Shown: positions 25,675 through 34,893, counted from the first letter of the stretch. The stretch is DNA of 64,000 nucleotides from Candidatus Omnitrophota bacterium (GCA_030681595.1 JAUXSB010000055.1:364-64363); one strand, 5' to 3'. Notes: generated by a model not told the origin, from the letters alone. Numbers and translations: made by a program.

Positions 25675-27516
25675 TTGCTTCTTTTGGGTTTTTCGCAGGA
25701 TAAATCTTTTTGCCAAGAGGATATCCAAGATAAAGATTGCCTGGCCTGTCATGATGGCTTTAAGGTCGAGGAGTATAATACTTCTGCTCATGCTGCTAAG
25801 CTTTTTTGCGTATCTTGCCATGCCGATATCCGCCAAATTCCTCACCCTGAAAAATTAGCCAAAGTAAACTGCGCAAATTGTCATAGTATTGAATCTGAAG
25901 CCTACAATATTTCTGATCATGGCAAAGCTGTTAAAGCCGGCATTCCCGCGGCCGGCTGTCTTGATTGCCATGGAGCGCCTCATGCGATTTTGGAGCGAGG
26001 CAATCCTCATTCTTTGGTATATCATCTTAATATACCCCAGACGTGCGCAAAGTGCCACGAAGATGAAGAAAAAATAGAAAAGTATAATTTACTGGAAAAA
26101 AAACCGGTTACGTCATACTTAGAAACCGTCCATGGCAGAGCGATTACAGAACAAGGCATGATTTCAGCCGCGGTGTGTACTGATTGCCATGGCTCGCATG
26201 ATTCATTTTCTCAAACAAATCCAAAATCAAAGATCTATCGGCTAAACGTGCCTAATACCTGCGGTAAGTGCCACAGCGACATACTTGACGTTTATTCGCG
26301 CAGTATCCACGGTAAATCTGTAGCGGCCGGTAAGACAGATGCGCCGGTATGCACTGATTGCCATGGCGAACACACGATAAAATCGCATAAAGATCCCGCG
26401 TCATCAGTATATTCAACCGTGATAACGGAAAAGACATGCGGCCAATGCCATGCCTCTGAGCGAATCGCAAGTAAATATAAATTGCCTCCGGACCGCCTGG
26501 AAACCTATTTTGAGAGTTATCATGGGCTGGCTAGCAGGTTAGGCGTGACAACAGTGGCTAATTGCGCCAGCTGTCACGGGGTCCATGATATTCTGCCTTC
26601 CAGTGATCCAAGTTCCACGATTCATAAAAATAATATCCCGCATACCTGCGGTAAGTGCCATGAGAAAGCAGGAGTAAATTTAGCCAAAGGTTCAGTACAT
26701 ATTGCTCCGTCCCCAGAGCGAGATAAGGCGGTTTATTACGTAAGCCTGTTATATATTTTATTAATCAGCTTGACTATCAGCGGGATGTTGGTGCATAATA
26801 TTGTCTATCTTTTACCTAAGATAAGAGAGCATTACCGCAGGCATAAAGAAGAGGCCAAATATACCCGTTTTACAATAAACGAACGCCTGCAGCATCTTAT
26901 TTTGGTGGCTTCATTTATTTTATTAGCATACACGGGATTCGCTTTGCGGCATCCTAATGCTTGGTGGGCGGCTCCGTTTACAATTTGGAGCCCCGGCTTT
27001 GATTGGCGGGGGATAGCCCACAGAATACTGGCGATATTGTTTGGCGTTTTAGTGGCTTACCATACGTATTATTTGTATTGTACAAGGCGCGGGAGAGAAC
27101 AATGCAGGGCTTTATTACCCAAGAAGGAAGATGTATTTTATTTTATCAATCTAGCGCAATATAACTTAGGCATCAAACAGCAAAAACCGGCTCACGCCGC
27201 GAAGTATGACTATATTGAAAAAGTAGAGTATTGGGCGCTTGTCTGGGGATCGCTTATTATGATTGTTACGGGTTCAATGCTTGCTTTCGAAAACCTTTTC
27301 TTGCAGTATTTTCCTAAATGGGTATTGGATGTCGCCAGGTCAATACATTACTACGAAGCTGTCTTGGCTGTTTTGGCGATTATCGTCTGGCATATGTTTT
27401 TTGTTTTCTTTGATCCGGACCATTATCCGGTTAACCTGTCAATGTTAATAGGGAAATCAACCAAGAAATGTGATGAAGCGGACGGTGATATTAAGGAACA
27501 GCCGCCTAAAGCCTGA
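25675..27516 (+). CDS. Multiheme cytochrome c (11 CxxCH) fused to a C-terminal cytochrome-b (HydC/FdnI, Ni/Fe-hydrogenase b-type) membrane domain; CbcL-like. The N-terminus is probably longer than the track shows (see findings).
   Basis: 11 CxxCH. Repeating 'IHGK...CTDCHG(E/S)H...CGKCH' units. C-terminal 4-TM domain with conserved His ('HLILVASFILLAYTGFALRH', 'HRILAILFGVLVAYH', 'IHYYEA'). Confidence 0.75.
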   Translation: MLLLGFSQDKSFCQEDIQDKDCLACHDGFKVEEYNTSAHAAKLFCVSCHADIRQIPHPEKLAKVNCANCHSIESEAYNISDHGKAVKAGIPAAGCLDCHGAPHAILERGNPHSLVYHLNIPQTCAKCHEDEEKIEKYNLLEKKPVTSYLETVHGRAITEQGMISAAVCTDCHGSHDSFSQTNPKSKIYRLNVPNTCGKCHSDILDVYSRSIHGKSVAAGKTDAPVCTDCHGEHTIKSHKDPASSVYSTVITEKTCGQCHASERIASKYKLPPDRLETYFESYHGLASRLGVTTVANCASCHGVHDILPSSDPSSTIHKNNIPHTCGKCHEKAGVNLAKGSVHIAPSPERDKAVYYVSLLYILLISLTISGMLVHNIVYLLPKIREHYRRHKEEAKYTRFTINERLQHLILVASFILLAYTGFALRHPNAWWAAPFTIWSPGFDWRGIAHRILAILFGVLVAYHTYYLYCTRRGREQCRALLPKKEDVFYFINLAQYNLGIKQQKPAHAAKYDYIEKVEYWALVWGSLIMIVTGSMLAFENLFLQYFPKWVLDVARSIHYYEAVLAVLAIIVWHMFFVFFDPDHYPVNLSMLIGKSTKKCDEADGDIKEQPPKA

Positions 27517-27588
27517 TGGCGATGGCGGCTAAATTAAACCCGGAATTTATATCAGGGTATAATCCGGGTTGAAGAGGAGGGTGTTTAG

Positions 27589-28125
27589 ATGCGCAGGGTA
27601 GTTTTAAGCGGGGCAGCAGTATTGTCGTTGTGTCTAGGTAGCTTGGTCTTTGCACAAGGGAATCATAAGTATATCGGGGTAAAGAAGTGTTCTATGTGCC
27701 ATAAGTCTGATGAAAAGGGAAATCAATATAATCAGTGGCTTTCTACTAAGCATGCTAAAGCATATGAAACGTTAGCCACCGATGCAGGTAAAGAAACAGC
27801 GCAAAAAGCGGGAGTTACCGGGAATCCTCAAGAAGAACCTAAGTGTTTGAAGTGCCATGTGACAGCATATGGAGTGGATAGCGGTTTATTAGAGGAAGGT
27901 TTGAAGAAAGAAGACGGCGTGCAGTGCGAAGCTTGTCATGGCGCCGGAAGTGATTATATGTCGATGAGTGTTATGAAGGATAAACAAAAAGCAATTGAAG
28001 CGGGCCTTGTTATGCCGACACAAGAAGTTTGCCTAAAGTGCCATAATGAGGAAAGCCCGAATTATAAAGAGTTTAAGTTTGATGAGTTTTATCCAAAAGT
28101 TACGCATCCTAATCCAAAAAAATGA
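27589..28125 (+). CDS. Periplasmic tetraheme cytochrome c.
   Basis: Signal peptide 'MRRVVLSGAAVLSLCLGSLVFA'. CSMCH, CLKCH, CEACH, CLKCH. RBS 'gaggagggtg'. Confidence 0.8.
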   Translation: MRRVVLSGAAVLSLCLGSLVFAQGNHKYIGVKKCSMCHKSDEKGNQYNQWLSTKHAKAYETLATDAGKETAQKAGVTGNPQEEPKCLKCHVTAYGVDSGLLEEGLKKEDGVQCEACHGAGSDYMSMSVMKDKQKAIEAGLVMPTQEVCLKCHNEESPNYKEFKFDEFYPKVTHPNPKK

Positions 28126-28259
28126 AGCTATAAGTTATGGCGGCGTCAGCCAACATAACTTATTCGGTTGAATTTACCCAGCACTTATTTTATTAGCATT
28201 AAATAAGTGCTGGGTTCAATGCGCACCTATAAGTTACGTCGTTTGACACTCCGTAACTT
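28126..28259 (+). promoter_or_regulatory. Three consecutive hairpins: 'ataagttatg..cataacttat', a ~20-bp stem 'ttgaatttacccagcacttattt / aaataagtgctgggttcaa', and 'ataagttacg..cgtaacttat'.
   Basis: Inverted repeats read directly, between the cytochrome stop and the ccsB start. The outer hairpins belong to the 'ATAACTTA/TAAGTTAT' leader family. Confidence 0.4.
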
Positions 28260-29327
28260 ATGTGCTTACTGAAAATGATTAAGCAGACAAAAATCTGGAA
28301 GTTTTTTTCATCAATAAAGCTGGCGATATGGCTGCTTGCTATTATCGCTATATTTTCTTTGATTGGAACGTTTATTCCGCAAGGACAAGAGCCCGCGGAG
28401 TATACTAGCCATTACGGGAGTTCCGCATATAATCTCTTAAATATAACAGGCCTGACTCATGTTTATTCAAGCTGGTGGTTTATTTTATCGTTGGCTTTGC
28501 TTACCTTAAACCTTTCCGTTTGCCTTATCAATAGGTTTTCATTAAAGCCTATTTTATTGGGTACGATGATTTCGCATTTTAGCGTCTTGCTGATATTTGC
28601 CGGGGCATTGGTCGGCATGTTTTTCGGTGAAAAAGGCTATGTGCAGATTAAGGAAGGGGAAAGCATTAGTTCTTTTATTTCTGAAAATAAAAAAGTGGAT
28701 TTAGGTTTTACGCTTAGGTTAGATGATTTTATTTATGAGGAAGAAATAAGCCCTAAGGAAAAATTATTGATTTACTCTCATGAAGATAACAAACTTTTGA
28801 AAGAAGTTGCTGTGAGTTTAGGCAAAGAAATTAGTTTCGGCGAAGGCTATAAAGTTAAAATTATGCGTTTTATCCCTGATTTCAGCATGGATCTTACTAC
28901 AAAAGAGGTAGTAAGCCGTTCGTCTGAGCCGAGGAATCCCGCTATAGAGATAGAGCTGAAAGATAGAGAGGGCAATGCAAAAACATTTTGGGTGTTTGCG
29001 AATTTTCCAGATATGCATTCAGTGCAAACAGATTTTAGATTCGTCTATCAGTGGGGGATGCGGCGGCCAAAGGATTTTATCAGCAAGGTTACAGTATTAA
29101 AAGGCGCAGAAGAAGTAGCGAAGAAGGACATTAAGGTAAATTTTCCCCTGAAGTTTAACGGTTATTCCTTTTTTCAGTCAAGTTATGACAGGGAAAATTT
29201 AAGCTGGTCGGGGTTGCAAATAAATAAAGACCCGGGAGTGTCGGTAGTGTATACGGGGTTTCTTTTGCTGCTTTTAGGGTTAAGCATTATTTTTTATGTA
29301 AACCCTTTGGTTAGGAGGAAGAAATGA
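28260..29327 (+). CDS. ccsB: Cytochrome c biogenesis protein, system II (ResB/CcsB).
   Basis: N-terminal 'KIWKFFSSIKLAIWLLAIIAIFSLIGTFIPQ', a large periplasmic domain and a C-terminal TM, as in ResB. Immediately upstream of ccsA. Confidence 0.8.
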   Translation: MCLLKMIKQTKIWKFFSSIKLAIWLLAIIAIFSLIGTFIPQGQEPAEYTSHYGSSAYNLLNITGLTHVYSSWWFILSLALLTLNLSVCLINRFSLKPILLGTMISHFSVLLIFAGALVGMFFGEKGYVQIKEGESISSFISENKKVDLGFTLRLDDFIYEEEISPKEKLLIYSHEDNKLLKEVAVSLGKEISFGEGYKVKIMRFIPDFSMDLTTKEVVSRSSEPRNPAIEIELKDREGNAKTFWVFANFPDMHSVQTDFRFVYQWGMRRPKDFISKVTVLKGAEEVAKKDIKVNFPLKFNGYSFFQSSYDRENLSWSGLQINKDPGVSVVYTGFLLLLLGLSIIFYVNPLVRRKK

Positions 29328-30103
29328 ACATGCTTTCCCTGTATTTAAACATTGCTTTTGCCGCTTATTTTGCGGCGATGATTTTTTATTTTGCCAACTT
29401 ATTTTTTAAAAATAAAGCCATATCATATCTTGCGCGTTTATCTATTATTCTAGGCGTTTTAACGCTAACGATATATATAGCTCTGCGCGGGCTCGCTGCC
29501 GGGCGGCCGCCATTAAGTAATATGTTTGAATCGTTGGTTGTTTTTGCCTTGGCCATCGGCTTAACCGGAATATTTATTGACTTAAAATATAACCTCAAAA
29601 ATATTAATGCTTTGGTTTCTTTGATGGGGTTATTGAGTTTAGGGGCTGCTTCTTTGTTAGATAAGGAGATTGTTCCGTTAATGCCGGCCTTAAAGAGTAA
29701 TTGGTTGACTATCCATGTATTGACCTGTTTTGTCGGTTATGCCTCGCTCACCGTAGGTTTTGTTACAAGTTTAGTATTGGTATTTAGCAAAAGAAGCAGC
29801 GAGCAACTGGATACAATCAGCTATAAAATGATTGCTTTTGGCTTTCTTTTTTTAACACTTGGGATTATTACAGGGGCTGTTTGGGCGAATTCGGCTTGGG
29901 GCACATACTGGAGCTGGGATCCTAAAGAAACATGGTCATTAATCACATGGATTGTCTATGCCATATACTTGCATATGCGCCTGCGTGCCGGATGGCGCGG
30001 GAAAAAAGCGGCTTGGCTTTCGGTTATAGGGTTTTTAGCGATGCTTTTTACATATTTTGGGGTAAATTATTTACTTTCAGGGTTGCATAGTTATGCGTCA
30101 TAA
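29324..30103 (+). CDS. ccsA: Cytochrome c-type biogenesis protein CcsA/ResC (system II heme lyase subunit).
   Basis: WWD domain 'WGTYWSWDPKETWSLITW'. Conserved His residues. 259 aa. Overlaps ccsB by 4 nt. Confidence 0.85.
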   Translation: MNMLSLYLNIAFAAYFAAMIFYFANLFFKNKAISYLARLSIILGVLTLTIYIALRGLAAGRPPLSNMFESLVVFALAIGLTGIFIDLKYNLKNINALVSLMGLLSLGAASLLDKEIVPLMPALKSNWLTIHVLTCFVGYASLTVGFVTSLVLVFSKRSSEQLDTISYKMIAFGFLFLTLGIITGAVWANSAWGTYWSWDPKETWSLITWIVYAIYLHMRLRAGWRGKKAAWLSVIGFLAMLFTYFGVNYLLSGLHSYAS

Positions 30104-32864
30104 GAGGAGAGCACTATTATATTTTATAATTATTTTCTTGTGCGCACCTGCCGTTTACGCTTTCGAAAATGCCGATTGCCTTGCTTGCCACCAGGAAAAA
30201 AATTTTACTACAGAGCGTCAAAATAAGACAGTTTCGCTTTATGTAAACAAGCAGGAATTTAAGCAATCCGTTCACGGCGGCCTCGTATGCATTACCTGCC
30301 ACGCCGACCTTACTAATAGCGATTTTCCCCATAAAACACCTCTGCCGCCTGTAAATTGCATAATTTGCCATAAGGATATGCAGAAAGGGTTTTCAGGCAG
30401 CGTTCATGGGAAAGCTTTGGATAGAGGCGATAATCTTGCTCCCCGGTGCCAGAGTTGCCATGGCGCACATAACATCCGTTCTGTAAAGGATAAGGATTCT
30501 AATCTGTCCGCGTTGCGCGTTCCCTTTGTCTGCGGTTCATGCCACAGCGAAGGAAGCCCAGTGCAACTTCAACGTGAGATACACCAGAGTCACATTTTAG
30601 AGAATTATTCGGAAAGTATCCACGGAGAGGGCCTTTTTAAAAAAGGCCTAATCGTAAGTGCTACCTGTGTTTCCTGCCATGGCGCGCACGAGATATACCC
30701 TCATACAGACCCGCGGTCGTCAATCGCGCATGAAAATGTCGTAGATACCTGCCTAAAATGCCATGCTCAGATTGAAGAGGTTCATAGAAAAGTAATTAAC
30801 GGCGAATTATGGGAGGATAGGCCGCAAGCTATTCCTGTTTGTGTTGATTGCCACGAGCCGCATAAGGTGAGAAAAGTTTTTTATGAGCAGGGTGTGGCAG
30901 ATAAGGATTGCCTTTTGTGTCACGCGAAAGAGGAAATTAAATCATCGTCTGACGGCCGCTCTCTCTTTGTAAATTATGATGAGCTCAAGGGTTCTATGCA
31001 TTCTAAAACCTCCTGCGCTAAATGCCATAGTGAAGTTTTGCCTTCAAAAGAGCGCGCATGCGAAACAATAAAGTCAAAAGTTAATTGTGCGGTTTGTCAT
31101 AGCGATCAGGTGGGGCAGTATCAGCAAAGCACTCACGGCAAGCTTTATAATCAAAAAGATCCCAATGCGCCGTCATGTATAGAATGCCATGGAGCGCATT
31201 CTGTATTAAGCAAGAATAATGTTACATCGCAGACGTATCCAACAAATGTGCCGGTGTTGTGCGCTAGATGCCATAGAGAAGAAGAAAAGGCCGCGATTCG
31301 TTATCAGGGCAAAGAACATGAAATACCTGAGCATTATACGGAAAGTATCCACGGTAAGGGCTTATTGAAGAGTGGGCTTGTGGTAACAGCTATGTGCACT
31401 AGCTGTCATACGGCGCATATGGAATTGCCGTCACAGGATCCGCGCTCAAGCGTTAACCGTAGTAATATCGCCTCTACTTGTGCTAAGTGCCATAAAGGAG
31501 TTTATGAAAAATATATGGGCAGTATTCACGCCCCAGGGAAGAGCAAAACCCCTGATAAGCTTCCAGTATGCAGTGATTGTCATAGCGCGCATTCAATTAA
31601 GCGCACAGATATGGATACATTTAAATTTGATATTATGAATATCTGTGGCAAATGCCATTTAGATATCTCCAAAACATATTTTGAGACTTTTCATGGCAAA
31701 GCCACCAAGCTTGGTTATGCTAAGACTGCCAAATGTCATGACTGTCATGGGGCGCATGAGATCTTGCCTCCTGAAGATGCTCACTCCAGCTTAAGCCGTG
31801 AAAATATTATTTCTACATGTCAAAAATGCCATCCGGGCGCAACCAAGAGATTTGCAGGATATTTAACGCATGCCACTCATCACGATCCAAAGAAATACCC
31901 TTGGATTTTCTTGACTTTCTGGGCGATGACCGCGCTTCTTGTCGGCACATTTGTAGCCAGCGGGATTCATGTACTTTTATGGCTTCCAAAATCTTTGCAA
32001 ATGAGGCGGCTCTATCCGTCAAAAGCTTACGACCCTAATGAAAAGCAGTACATAAGGTTTTCTTTATTAAACAGGATACTTCATGCGGTAATGATTGTAA
32101 GTTTCTTGACCCTTTCTATTACCGGGATGACGCTAAAATTTTCTTATACGAAATGGGCAATTTTTATCTCGCGTCTTTTAGGAGGGTTTGAGGTTTCCGG
32201 GTTTCTGCACCGCTCGGCCGCGGTTTGCTTATTTGGGCTTTTTGCTGTCCATATTTGGGATCTCCTGCGTCGTAAGCGTTGTGAATTTAGAACTTGGAAA
32301 AACATGCTTTTGGGCCCAAACACGATACTTTTTACATTAAAAGACGTGCGTGAATTTATCGCGACAATTAAATGGTATATGGGCAAAGGTGAACGGCCGC
32401 AATACGGGTGCTGGACTTATTGGGAAAAGTTTGATTATTTCGCGGTATTTTGGGGTATTGCGGTTATCGGTTTTTCAGGGCTTATGCTTTGGTTTCCTGA
32501 AATCTTTACCAGAATTTTACCGGGTTGGGTCATTAATGTCGCGACCATTGTCCATAGCGACGAGGCCCTGTTGGCTGTCGGTTTTATTTTTACAATACAT
32601 TTTTTCAATACGCATTTTCGGCCGGAGAAGTTTCCTATGGATACGGTTATTTTTACAGGACGCCTGCCTTTAGAAGATTTAAAGCATGAAAGGCCGGCTG
32701 AATATGAAGAGCTTCTGGCGCGTAAGGAGTTTGAAAAACGCCTTGTCCTTCCCATGCCTCCAAAAGCAATGAAAACAATTAGGATTTTTGCCTGGACTGC
32801 GCTCATAATAGGTTTAAGCCTTGTTGTCTGTATTATTTATACGATGATATTTGCATATAAATGA
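30093..32864 (+). CDS. Giant multiheme cytochrome c (~19 CxxCH) fused to a C-terminal cytochrome-b (HydC/FdnI-like) membrane domain; second CbcL-like protein.
   Basis: 19 CxxCH motifs counted. Signal peptide 'LLYFIIIFLCAPAVYA'. C-terminal TM domain 'ILHAVMIVSFLTLSITGMTLKF...HRSAAVCLFGLFAVH...'. 923 aa. Confidence 0.8.
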   Translation: MRHKRRALLYFIIIFLCAPAVYAFENADCLACHQEKNFTTERQNKTVSLYVNKQEFKQSVHGGLVCITCHADLTNSDFPHKTPLPPVNCIICHKDMQKGFSGSVHGKALDRGDNLAPRCQSCHGAHNIRSVKDKDSNLSALRVPFVCGSCHSEGSPVQLQREIHQSHILENYSESIHGEGLFKKGLIVSATCVSCHGAHEIYPHTDPRSSIAHENVVDTCLKCHAQIEEVHRKVINGELWEDRPQAIPVCVDCHEPHKVRKVFYEQGVADKDCLLCHAKEEIKSSSDGRSLFVNYDELKGSMHSKTSCAKCHSEVLPSKERACETIKSKVNCAVCHSDQVGQYQQSTHGKLYNQKDPNAPSCIECHGAHSVLSKNNVTSQTYPTNVPVLCARCHREEEKAAIRYQGKEHEIPEHYTESIHGKGLLKSGLVVTAMCTSCHTAHMELPSQDPRSSVNRSNIASTCAKCHKGVYEKYMGSIHAPGKSKTPDKLPVCSDCHSAHSIKRTDMDTFKFDIMNICGKCHLDISKTYFETFHGKATKLGYAKTAKCHDCHGAHEILPPEDAHSSLSRENIISTCQKCHPGATKRFAGYLTHATHHDPKKYPWIFLTFWAMTALLVGTFVASGIHVLLWLPKSLQMRRLYPSKAYDPNEKQYIRFSLLNRILHAVMIVSFLTLSITGMTLKFSYTKWAIFISRLLGGFEVSGFLHRSAAVCLFGLFAVHIWDLLRRKRCEFRTWKNMLLGPNTILFTLKDVREFIATIKWYMGKGERPQYGCWTYWEKFDYFAVFWGIAVIGFSGLMLWFPEIFTRILPGWVINVATIVHSDEALLAVGFIFTIHFFNTHFRPEKFPMDTVIFTGRLPLEDLKHERPAEYEELLARKEFEKRLVLPMPPKAMKTIRIFAWTALIIGLSLVVCIIYTMIFAYK

Positions 32865-32924
32865 GCTTAAGGGGCATAGTATTTTTTGAATAGGAGTTGT
32901 TAATTTATTCGGGGGTGGGTAGCC

Positions 32925-33902
32925 ATGCATAACAAAACCAGAAACCAGAAACCAGAAGCCAGAAGCCAGAAAATTATTTCTTTTTACCGGTTTGTATGTT
33001 TGATTATATTTTTGTCTTCTTCCCATGTTTCTTTTGTAATTGCGCAGGAGAAGGAGTTCAAAAAGGGATGCCGCGCCTGCCATAGCGAACAAATAGATAA
33101 ATGGGATGCGTCAGAGGTCAGGCATTTTCCTTACGCTCGGGAAAAATGTGAGTCTTGCCATGCGGCGGAGCATAAAAAATTTACCCCGTTAGAGAAAAAC
33201 AGCGATAAGGTTAACAGTGAAAACATGGTTAGTAATGGTGAATTAACTCAGGCATCAGCAGGTACTGTTGGAGAAAGTTCTCTAACGGGGTTTACCGCAG
33301 AACAGGAGAAGCCTTGCTTAATCTGCCATGATTTAAATTCGGAAAAAATCAAAAAAGCGCATTTTTCCGGCGATTTAACCGGCGTAAATTGTTTTAACTG
33401 TCATTATACGCATGCCGCGGATAAAAAAGGCCTGCTTAAGGAATCTGTACATGAGCCGTTTGTTTCAGGTATGTGCGATGCCTGCCATAATATCAGCGCT
33501 GAAGGTAAAATAGAAGTGAAGGGACAAACCAAGAAAATCTGCCTTGCCTGTCATTCCAGTTTACTAACAAAGGACGATACAGTAAAACATTCCGGTTATG
33601 ATATGCTGGAATGTGTTGATTGTCACAATCCCCACACTAGTAGTGAAAAATGGCTTTTAAAGAAGAAAATAACACAAATTTGCTTTGATTGTCATGGTAA
33701 AGAGGAGGCGGCAAAGCACCCGTATGATGTAGTGCCTTCACAAAAAATAAATCTTGACAAAGGCAATGAAATATGGTTAACTAATGATAGGCAAATGAGT
33801 TGCGTAAGCTGCCATAATCCTCATTCAGCAAAAATTCCCTTTCTGCTGAGAGAGTCCCTCGAGGATGGGAAGCTCTGTAATATTTGTCATCCAAAACAAT
33901 AA
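32925..33902 (+). CDS. Decaheme c-type cytochrome with an N-terminal signal anchor. Contains a heptamer-repeat-encoded N-terminal stretch and an internal MITE-TIR-bounded insertion.
   Basis: 10 CxxCH (CRACH, CESCH, CLICH, CFNCH, CDACH, CLACH, CVDCH, CFDCH, CVSCH, CNICH). 'TRNQKPEARSQK' is encoded by (aaccaga)n. Confidence 0.8.
   Translation: MHNKTRNQKPEARSQKIISFYRFVCLIIFLSSSHVSFVIAQEKEFKKGCRACHSEQIDKWDASEVRHFPYAREKCESCHAAEHKKFTPLEKNSDKVNSENMVSNGELTQASAGTVGESSLTGFTAEQEKPCLICHDLNSEKIKKAHFSGDLTGVNCFNCHYTHAADKKGLLKESVHEPFVSGMCDACHNISAEGKIEVKGQTKKICLACHSSLLTKDDTVKHSGYDMLECVDCHNPHTSSEKWLLKKKITQICFDCHGKEEAAKHPYDVVPSQKINLDKGNEIWLTNDRQMSCVSCHNPHSAKIPFLLRESLEDGKLCNICHPKQ
33184..33292. mobile_element. 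MITE-related insertion, copy 5 (~109 bp) inside the decaheme cytochrome ORF. Bounded by 'ccccgttagaga' and 'tctctaacgggg', with an internal sequence unlike copies 1-4.
   Basis: Both 12-nt termini match the TIRs of the family in inverted orientation at the expected spacing. Encodes the in-frame linker 'FTPLEKNSDKVNSENMVSNGELTQASAGTVGESSLTGF' between heme motifs. Confidence 0.45.
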
Positions 33903-33915
33903 AAGGAGTAAAAGC

Positions 33916-34893
33916 ATGAAAAGGAAAAATCTTTTTATAAGTTTATTAGTGAAATTATTCACGGTGATATTTTTCACTATAATTTTTTGCGGTTATTCGG
34001 GCTTAAGATTTTGTTTTGGGGAAGCAGCCAGCCGATATAAATTTCTTTATGATTTAAGTTCTAATACTTCCGGAATAGGTTCTCTTAATCAGCCAGCGGG
34101 TATAGCTGTTGATATTGCGGGGAATATTTACGTGGCAGATACCGTGAACAGCCGAGTGGTGGTCTTTGATGAGTTGGGAAAAATAAAACTCAGTTTTGGA
34201 AAATTAGGAGATAAAGCAGGGGAATTAAATGCTCCAATGGCGCTAATTGTCGATTCAAAGGGAGAGAAAGTATATGTAGCGGATTCATCCAATAACCGGG
34301 TACAGGTGTTTAAAATTAATGGCGAATTTATTTCAACGATAGATTTAAGCAAGGCTCTTAGCGATAAAGACAGGCTAGTACGGCCGATTGGGATCGCTAT
34401 TTCAAGCCAAGGCAATATTTACATTTCAGATGCGGATAATAATTATATCCGAGTTTATGATAGCGCAGGGAATTTTTTGTTTAAATTCGGGGGTTTCGGT
34501 GCCGAAGAAGGCAAACTCTGCCTGCCGGTGGGGTTATCTATTGATAAAAAAGATAATGTTTATGTGGTGGATATGAATAACGCAAGGCTGCAGATTTTTG
34601 ATAAAGAAGGAAAATTTTTATCGAAAATTGGCTCTCCCGGGGATACAAAAGGCAGCTTCGGTAAACCGAAGAGTGTTTATGTGGATAATAAAGGGGTGAT
34701 TTATGTTTCCGATGGAGCGAATCTAGTTATCCAAGCATTTGATAAACAGGGAAACTTTATAGATTTAATTGGGGCGGAGAAAGAAAAAGAACTACAGTTT
34801 GCTTCTCCGTTTGGATTGAGCGGGTATAATAACCGCCTTTATATAACTGATAGATGGAGAAATAGCGTAAGAGTTTATGAGGTTAAAAATTAA
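33916..34893 (+). CDS. NHL-repeat six-bladed beta-propeller protein with an N-terminal signal/TM. Start moved to the ATG at 33916, behind the RBS 'aaaggag'.
   Basis: Six repeats of the type 'P.GIAVD..GNIYVADT.NSRVVVFD..GKF' (NHL). The upstream part of the track ORF overlaps the cytochrome gene by 38 nt. Confidence 0.75.
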   Translation: MKRKNLFISLLVKLFTVIFFTIIFCGYSGLRFCFGEAASRYKFLYDLSSNTSGIGSLNQPAGIAVDIAGNIYVADTVNSRVVVFDELGKIKLSFGKLGDKAGELNAPMALIVDSKGEKVYVADSSNNRVQVFKINGEFISTIDLSKALSDKDRLVRPIGIAISSQGNIYISDADNNYIRVYDSAGNFLFKFGGFGAEEGKLCLPVGLSIDKKDNVYVVDMNNARLQIFDKEGKFLSKIGSPGDTKGSFGKPKSVYVDNKGVIYVSDGANLVIQAFDKQGNFIDLIGAEKEKELQFASPFGLSGYNNRLYITDRWRNSVRVYEVKN

